64,000 bases of DNA from the human T2T-CHM13v2.0 reference genome, Homo sapiens: NCBI RefSeq assembly GCF_009914755.1, contig NC_060925.1, one strand, 5' to 3'. Below are positions 54,301-64,000 of the stretch, in pieces. Both the position numbers and the translations under genes were made by a program. The number at the start of each line of letters is the position of its first letter. Within the stretch, counting starts at the first letter, position 1. The notes under the pieces were generated by a model, which saw only the letters and a program-made list of their open reading frames with translations, searched no databases and was not told the origin of the DNA.

Positions 54301-55110
54301 GTATGTATATGTATGTATTTATTTAAAATAATTTTCTATTTGCTCAAAAAACATGATTCAACAGACAAATATTAAATTTTATATAGATACTTGTTTGCAA
54401 ATAACTTTTCAATACAATAGAAGGTTAAAAATATAAAATAAATGTTGTCCATTTTCCACCCAATCTGTGCTTCAGAATTAAGTCAAATTTCTCAAGTTCC
54501 CAAATTGTATCATTTATGTTCTTAGTTATTTGGTTGATTATTCTCATAACTGCAAATATTCAACAATAAAATAGTTCAACTATTTTCTCTTTCATCTGAC
54601 TTTGGTCTTTCAGATTATCCTACTAATTTACTACATCCACATATGTAAATATTCCAATTTTCAGCTTCTCACAGGATTTATTTTATTTAGAAAATTGTTA
54701 ACATCCCTCAATGGGCTTAGAGGTAAAAGGGGATACAAACTATTTTGTTCAAATTGTTATGTTCAATAGTTACAGTAGTTTGCAAAATTCTTACAGCCTT
54801 TATTCAAGACAATAATTTTCAATTCAGTTCAAGTAGATAACTGGGAAAATCCTATCAAGTTTCTGCCTTTTGCATTTTTTTTTCTGACTGGGGCTTTATC
54901 AAAAATTAAGTAACTAAACACTTTATTTAGAATTACACATTGAAGGAAAGATTTCCACTTACTGAAATTCCTAGTCTAGAGCTTTACTGCATAGCTCTGG
55001 AAATGTTCATTGTGTGTCTTTCCATCCTCAAGCAAGCAGTGAGAATAAAAGGATGCTGCAGTCAGATATTAACTCCATCAAGTGAGGTGTTCAATAATAC
55101 TGACCAGAAG

Positions 55111-55685
55111 ATCTTCAAGATTTTTTATATTGTATTAGTTAGAGTTCTTTAGAAAGACCAACCAGTAGGATAAACAGAGAGAGAGAGTTGAAGAGATATA
55201 GAGATATGTGTTAAAGGAATTGGCTCACTTGTTTATGGAGGCAGAGACGTCCCATGATAGGCCATCTGCAACCGGGAGAACCAATAATGCCCGTAGTCTA
55301 ATTTCAAAAGCTTCAAAACCAATGAAGCAAATGGTATAACTCTCAGTTTAAGGCCAAAGACCTGAGAACCTGAGAGCCTGCTGATACGAATTCTAGAGTC
55401 CAGAAGTCGGACGGCTTCTGACATCTAGGGGCTGGGGAAGAAGGAAGACCTGGACCCAAAAGATAGAGCAAGCATTTGTCCTTCTTCCACATTTTTGAAA
55501 TTCCAGCCGGGCCCCCAGCCAATTGGATGGTGCCACCTACAATGACGGTGGATCTTTACTCAGTCCACCTACTCACATGCCAAACTCTTCCTGATATAAC
55601 CTGGCAGACACACCCAGAAATAATGCGTTACCAGCTATCTTGGTATCCCTTAATCCAGTCAAATTGACATAAAATTAACCATCAT
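55111..55685 (-). mobile_element. MLT2B-type ERVL solo LTR
   Basis: tgtattagttagagttct...ggaattggctcac...cagacacacccagaaataatg...aattgacataaaattaaccatca. Confidence 0.9.
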
Positions 55686-55755
55686 GTACATATATAAATT
55701 ATGATTATAGCCTGGGAGAACTGGAATGAAATTAATGGCACCAATTCTGAAGGGT

Positions 55756-56040
55756 TTTTTTTTTTCATTTTTATTTTTATTTTGGAAACAGGGTCTTTCT
55801 GTTTCCAATGGAGTGCAGTGATGCAATTATAGCTCACTTGCAGCCTCAAACTTCTGGGCTCAAGCGATCCTCCTACCTCAGCATCCTGAGTAGCTGGGAC
55901 CACAGGCGCACACCACCAATCCTGACTAACTCCTTTATTTTGTGTAGAGATGGTGTCTTGCTATGTTGCCCAGGCTGGTCTTGAACTTCTGGCCTCAAGC
56001 TATCCTCCTGTCTGGGATTACGGGTGTGAGTCATTGCACC
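55756..56040 (-). mobile_element. AluJ
   Basis: atagctcacttgcagcctcaaacttctgggctcaagcgatcc, with small internal deletions. Confidence 0.92.
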
Positions 56041-56342
56041 ACAGTGAAAAGGCCATGAAGAAGGTCAAACATTTCAGATTCTAAATTCTCGTGGTGTGTA
56101 ATTGCCAAAAAGAAAGATGAGTGATGTGCTGAAATAGGTATTTCTATGAGAAACTGGTTATCTTTAAAGTATACTAACATTTTATCTCAAGTAACTAATT
56201 CCCAAAATGTAACTTAACCATTAATTAATGGATTTCTACATTTACAAAAAGCACTGTCGAACTTGTCTTTGTTCTTTATAACCACATATTCAAAAACTAT
56301 CTAATTTTTATGCTTTTGAATTCTAGATTTTGATCTAGTGTT

Positions 56343-56400
56343 GGATTAATATAAATGAACCTCATGATTCATAGGATTAATATAAATGAACCTCATGGTT
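56343..56400. repeat. Tandem duplication with 31-bp period
   Basis: ggattaatataaatgaacctcatg is repeated exactly at 56343 and 56374. Confidence 0.92.
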
Positions 56401-56756
56401 ACTTAAATTGTTCTGAAGCATTATATCTCATAGCTCACATTTTAACTGTTAAATAAAAATCTAGCTAATCATTTGTTGCCCACTTTTCTTGTCTATGGTC
56501 TTAAAATAATAGTTTTACAAGAAACACAATATAAAATATTATTTATTCCAGGACTTTTTTTGTATTATAATTTTGTTATTTCTTTCCACAAGAGAAATTT
56601 GACTTATTCTCAAAGTATGTATCCTCCTTTTTTAATATTTTGCTTTTTGACGTGTGAAAACTATTCCTGGAAATAGTCTTTTAGATTAGTCCCAGTGTGT
56701 GGTTTTCATTAACCCTCCTTATTTATGCTTCACGTTTTATTTATTTTTCTAATTAG

Positions 56757-57216
<460 letters not shown>

Positions 57217-59149
57217 AATTTTATAATACCAAAAACCTAATGTTATGTTAAATTTTTTTATATATTCAATAAGGACATTAGGAGGAGATCCAGCAGTGAA
57301 AGGTACAGTCTTTTCAATGTTCTTTGCATTGTATCCTATAATGGATACTCTAATTTTCTAGCTTTATTACCAGCTAATAACATATGTAAATTATTTCAAC
57401 AAACAATATCTTAAATATTTTACCACATGTGGGCTAATATGTTATAAAATTTAATATGAAATAAAATTATTTCAAACCAGGTACATATTAGAGATGATGC
57501 ATTTCCTGTATAAAAGAGATATGCATTTGCAACCAAGAATGTTGCTTTCATTTACAATAAAAATAGTCTTTCAGTGGTCTCCATTTTCCAACTCTTAAAT
57601 GTTAATTAAAGCTTGAAGACTTTTAAATGTTAACATTGGTAGAGTTTTATACCCCTTTTGTGTCTTACTTCAGATCAAACTAAACTATGTTTTTAGTGAA
57701 TATCTAACCATAACAATTGTAATAACAGTAACTTCAAACTGAACTAGTGAAGAGTTCACAAAGATATTTCTTAAGATATTAAATGATTCATTCTGCCTTA
57801 TAAGCATGTGTATTTCTCATAAAGGCAGTAAAAGAAAAGCAGAGAGAAAAAATAGAATATAGGTAAAAAAAAAGCAAATAGTAAAATTTTACATTTAAAT
57901 ACAACTGTATCAATAATTACATTGAATAATCTTAAATATCCTTAATGTAATGGATAGAAAAAGATATAAAAAACACTTAAATAAGCTATTATTTTAGCTT
58001 GAGGTTTTGATAAATTATGTGGCTTATCCAAGGTCACAGATGCAGGAGGATGCACATTTATGACTCTAAATCAGATATCTTGAGCCAGCTTATGCTTCTC
58101 TCCTACTAAAATATTTTGTCAAATACCAAAATATCTACCCCACCCCTTTCTTATATCTTTTATTTTTCTGAAATTCTGGCAAATCATTACTATTAGTATC
58201 ATATACTTTTTACCTCTTTATTGTCAGTAATATCAGTTCTTTTTCTGGTTGCTTATGTGAAAACTAACAGTCTTTTTTTTTTCATTTACTCTTCTACTTT
58301 CTACATCTAGCTGTATAAAATTTTATTTCAAATTTCCTCATTGATTTTACATTTTCTTCCATTCTTACTGTCACTATCTTGGTCTAGGCAGTCCATCAAC
58401 TAATTATTGAGTTATTGAAGTAATTTCATTTGTGCTCACATTTTCTCTAGTCTCAGCCTATTTCAATTTCACTAGTACTAGTGAACAGCCAATTGCTGTT
58501 GGAAGACCACTATCATCTTGTCATGAAATTGATCAGGATCCTATAAATGCTCTTTATTATCTAAACAATCACAGAATGAGCTCATATCGCTTATCCAACT
58601 TTCTACCTGAATAATATATTACACAATGACTTTGATATCGTCAAAGCCCCCTGAACATATTCCTCATAATGGACTCTGTGTCTTGCTTATTATTGTGTTT
58701 CAAGCAAGCTAAATCCTCCCTATACTCATGTTATGTAAACTTCAATCATTAACCAACAAAGTTCCACTTTCTCAAAGACGCATTCTCTATCGGTACCTTT
58801 CTCCATGCTAAGGAAATTGACTCATACTCTGATATTAATAACGCTGCCTAAAGACTTCTGCCTCTATAAAGCATGAAAATGATTAATATTCCTATCTTGT
58901 AAGGTATTTTATTACTTCCGAAAATTCTGCATTCCTTTTAATGAATCTAAAACCTTATATATATGTAAATATATAAATATATATATTTCTAAAACTAGAA
59001 TGATATGAACCAAGAAAAATCATTTAAGTCAATTATAAATATTCTCCTGAAACATAATTTAGTATGAGTACCTGAGAGTACAAAGGTATCAGGACTCTTC
59101 ACTCTATTCCTGGCACAAATAATATCATCCGAAGAAAGAGTGAGAATTT

Positions 59150-59760
59150 GTGTGTAGTGGGGTTTAGAACTCTAGGAAAACCTTTGCCTATAAAATGAAA
59201 TTAAAACACACAACTAAAGAATGCCTGGATGTTAAAAAAAAAAAAAAAGTATTCAAAGAGAACAGAGATGGAAAGGAATTCATGTGTGCTGAGGTAGAAA
59301 GAATTAAAAGACGCCAGTACAGCTGGAGCCAAGGGAGGAAGTGGAAAGGGAGAAAGCAGATTTCAGACAATGCTGGACTTTGTAAAACATATTCTTGGAG
59401 TGTATATCATAGGACAATGAGAAATCATGGAAGGACTTTAAGCTAAAAGTGATTGAACTTAAACCACATTTTAAACACTTTTGCAGTGTTTTAAAAGTAT
59501 AGTGTTTCTCTTTAATTTTTGTAATTAATTCAAGGGGGATAAAGGTGAGTACAGAAAGCATGGAAACAGAAAATTCGTGCGAGGCTGGTAAAGTTGGATA
59601 TAGGAATATCACTTAAGGGGCTACAACTATATATATATAGGATAGAAGGAAAAAATGAACTTATGCTAGAGTTGGTATATAAATGAAAAAGAAGTGGAAT
59701 GATTTGACTTGGGAATCTATTCATTCAACAAATAACTGAGTACCTATTCTGTAGCAAATG
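59150..59760 (-). mobile_element. L2 fragments
   Basis: gccagtacagctggagc...aatgagaaatcatggaaggactttaagc, and attcattcaacaaataactgagtacct. Confidence 0.6.
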
Positions 59761-60064
59761 ATGGACAATATAGATAATAGCAGAATAGATTCTAAAGAGC
59801 GTCTATTAATGAACCCTAAGCTTTGCTGAGAGAAGAGAGAAAGCAATCACATACTGGCTTATTTTAGAGCAATGGAAAAAATGTCACAAACATTGGAAAT
59901 AGGGGATATTGAGGGAGTAAGTTTTCAATTTGGAATACAATGTATACAATGCCATATAAGTTTTTCACAAGATAAAATAAGTTGTTTCTAAAATGTATTC
60001 ATGCATTAGATACAATTTTTACATTACAATAAAACTGAACTGTATGCATACATTTGCATGACTC

Positions 60065-60130
60065 AGGTCAACCTAGACCTTCCACGTACCTCTGCCTGCT
60101 TTTATCCTAGCCATGCTGGCAGCTGATTAC
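60065..60130 (-). mobile_element. Short internal MLT2A LTR fragment
   Basis: tctgcctgcttttatcctagccatgctggcagctgatta is nearly the reverse complement of 31186-31225. Confidence 0.75.
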
Positions 60131-60160
60131 CTATTGTAAATGTGATTTTTAAAGTCATGA

Positions 60161-61818
<1,658 letters not shown>

Positions 61819-61836
61819 AAAAGAAAGCATATTTCA

Positions 61837-63660
61837 TGTACCTGTATTTTGGCTCTTTCTTTCTTCCATCTTGATACTGCAAGATTATTATTTTATTTCT
61901 GCTGGAAGATCTGCCTTTAACTTATCTTTAATAATAGATATGCTGGTGACAGTCTTATTTATTTATTTTTTATCTGAGAATGTCTTTATTTCTCCTCAGT
62001 TTTTGAAAGATAGTTTCATAAGATATAGATTTCACCGTAGTGTTTCTTTCCTTTCAGGGTTTGAAAATTATTATGCCAATTTCTCTAGCCCTCACAATTT
62101 CAGACGAGAAATTACCAGTGAGCTAAATAGATGTTCCCCCATAAATGCTGTTTTTCTTCCATTGCTTTCAAAATTTCTACTTTTTCTTTAGTTTTCCAGA
62201 AGTGTAATTATGCTGTATCTTTGGGTTTATGTTTTTTTAGGTTTTGCTCAGCTCCTTGAATCTGTAAGTTTGTGTCTTTTGTCAAATTGAAGAGGTTTTT
62301 ATACATTATTTCTTTGAATACTCTTTCAGGCTGATTTTCTTCTTTTCTTTGGTGATCTGATAATAAAAATATTAGAACTTTTGTTTTTGTCCAACTGGTT
62401 TCTGGGACGTTTTTCATGTTTTTTTTTCAGTATATTTTCTCTCTGTTCTTCATATAGAAAAAATTTGATTAATCTGTCCTCCACTTAATCTATCCTCTGC
62501 CACCTCTATCTTACTATTTCATTTATCCCATTTTTAAATATTATTTATTGTATTTTTCAGTTTCTTAATTTTCATATGGTTCATTTTTATCATTTTTACT
62601 TGTTGCTGAGATTTTGTCTTTTACATTCAACAAAATTTGTACTTGATTTTAGAAATTTGTTTGATGGCTGCTGTAAAATTCTTGTCAAATTTCTTATGGG
62701 ATCTGATTTATCTCGGAGTCAGCATTTGTTGATTATCTTTTCCCAGTTAAGTTGTATGTTTTTCTTATTTCTTTGTATGACAGATGATTTTAATGTTACT
62801 TTTGACCTTTTATGTATGATATTGGGCAACTCTTTGTCTTATTTAATTTTTTTTATTTCAGTCACATTGTTTAAGTTACCGCTAGCACTGGCCTAATTTT
62901 TGTGTGATTTAATTCCCAAACTAGCTTAAATTTGAGAACCTTTGCAGTGTTATTTTGTGCTGCTTGAATTATCCAAAGCCACGAGATCCTACTGGTTCCT
63001 GCTGGTGCCATTTGAAGAGGGGAACCTACAACTATTTCTTTACCTACAACTATTTATTTACCTAGAGTTGTTAGGTACCTCTTGCTGAGGGAGGGTATGC
63101 TCTTGTTTCCAGAAATGAAGAGGCTTCCCTGGCATGGTGATTGGGATTTCTCACCCACCCCTTGCCTGGAAGACACACATGTGCTGAACATAGCTACTCA
63201 TGGCAGATGTCTCTCTTACCTCACCACTCTGGTGTCTCTGAATTGTGAAGGAGAGAGTTGGGCCTGGTGGGAAAGGATACTACTTCCTCTGGCTGCTTTT
63301 TTCTAGCAAGATTGATCCCTTTCTGATGGTTTACGGTTTATCACTCAACTGCTGTTTTTGGAGGAACGCCTGTTGAATCCAGCATCAGAATGAGCCTACT
63401 TTGGTCACTTTCTGCTGCTAGAGTGGTAGTTGGCAAACAGTGGTCTAAGTTGCCTTCTTCTCTTGGGTATGAGGACATAGATGCCCTGCTGTGTGTTGTT
63501 CCTCCAGCGCTAGTATTCCAAAGCAATTCACTTGTGTTTTACTACCTTGCAGAGCTCTCCTTTGGATGTATCTTGCATTTTTCTTCTCATTTTATAGTTG
63601 TATATATTTTGGAGGAGCAGGAAGAAACCAGTCTACAACTTTTTAGAACTACAAGTATTT
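61837..63660 (-). mobile_element. Old L1M (L1M4/L1MD-like) ORF1 and 5' region
   Basis: Minus-strand peptide ERVFKEIMYKNLFNLTKDTNLQIQGAEQ is L1 ORF1p-like. Confidence 0.75.
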
Positions 63661-64000
63661 TATATGTTTTTGAAATCAGTATCACTTTTAGATGTACATT
63701 CTTTCTACTCAGTACCCTAACTGGATCTTCATACTTAAGGTAGAGCCTAGATTAACAAATGCTTTGTTTGAATACAGAAGAAGTAGTAGTTAGAATCTAG
63801 TCAATTCTATACATATGGCATCCTACAATGAATCTTTCATAAGCAGGTGGGCTTCCTAAATTTCACCAATAATTTGAATTAAGAGTGAATGTAACACAGA
63901 TGTGTTTCTGCACTTGTTTTGAACTACTGCTAAAACATTTTTTGCCCAGTTAGTTATCTTAAGTTAATGATAAACTATGCTATTTTTAAAAAGTGCTTTT

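Overview
AT-rich, CpG-poor primate (most likely human) non-coding DNA, dominated by interspersed repeats. I found no supportable host protein-coding exon, RNA gene or CpG island. Most ORFs in the track are explained by Alu, L1, HERV-L or microsatellite sequence, and the rest look like chance frames. The centrepiece is a structurally complete but coding-dead HERV-L provirus (31032-37726, + strand) with two MLT2A1-type LTRs, a perfect 5-bp TSD (TGCAT), a degenerate tRNA-Leu PBS and decayed gag, pro-pol and dUTPase. It is surrounded by an ERV1 (MER4-group) internal remnant, eight Alu/FLAM copies (all on the minus strand), 5'-truncated L1PA/L1PB/L1MA copies, MaLR and ERVL solo LTRs, MIR, L2, MER20 and MER33-type elements, and microsatellites. 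I did not find a convincing new biological system. The best leads are the asymmetric decay of the two HERV-L LTRs, a possible G-to-A editing footprint in the provirus, a young L1 with no poly(A) tail or TSD, and several deletion-scar junctions. Subfamily names come from recalled consensus sequences and need RepeatMasker/Dfam confirmation. Boundaries of old elements are approximate.
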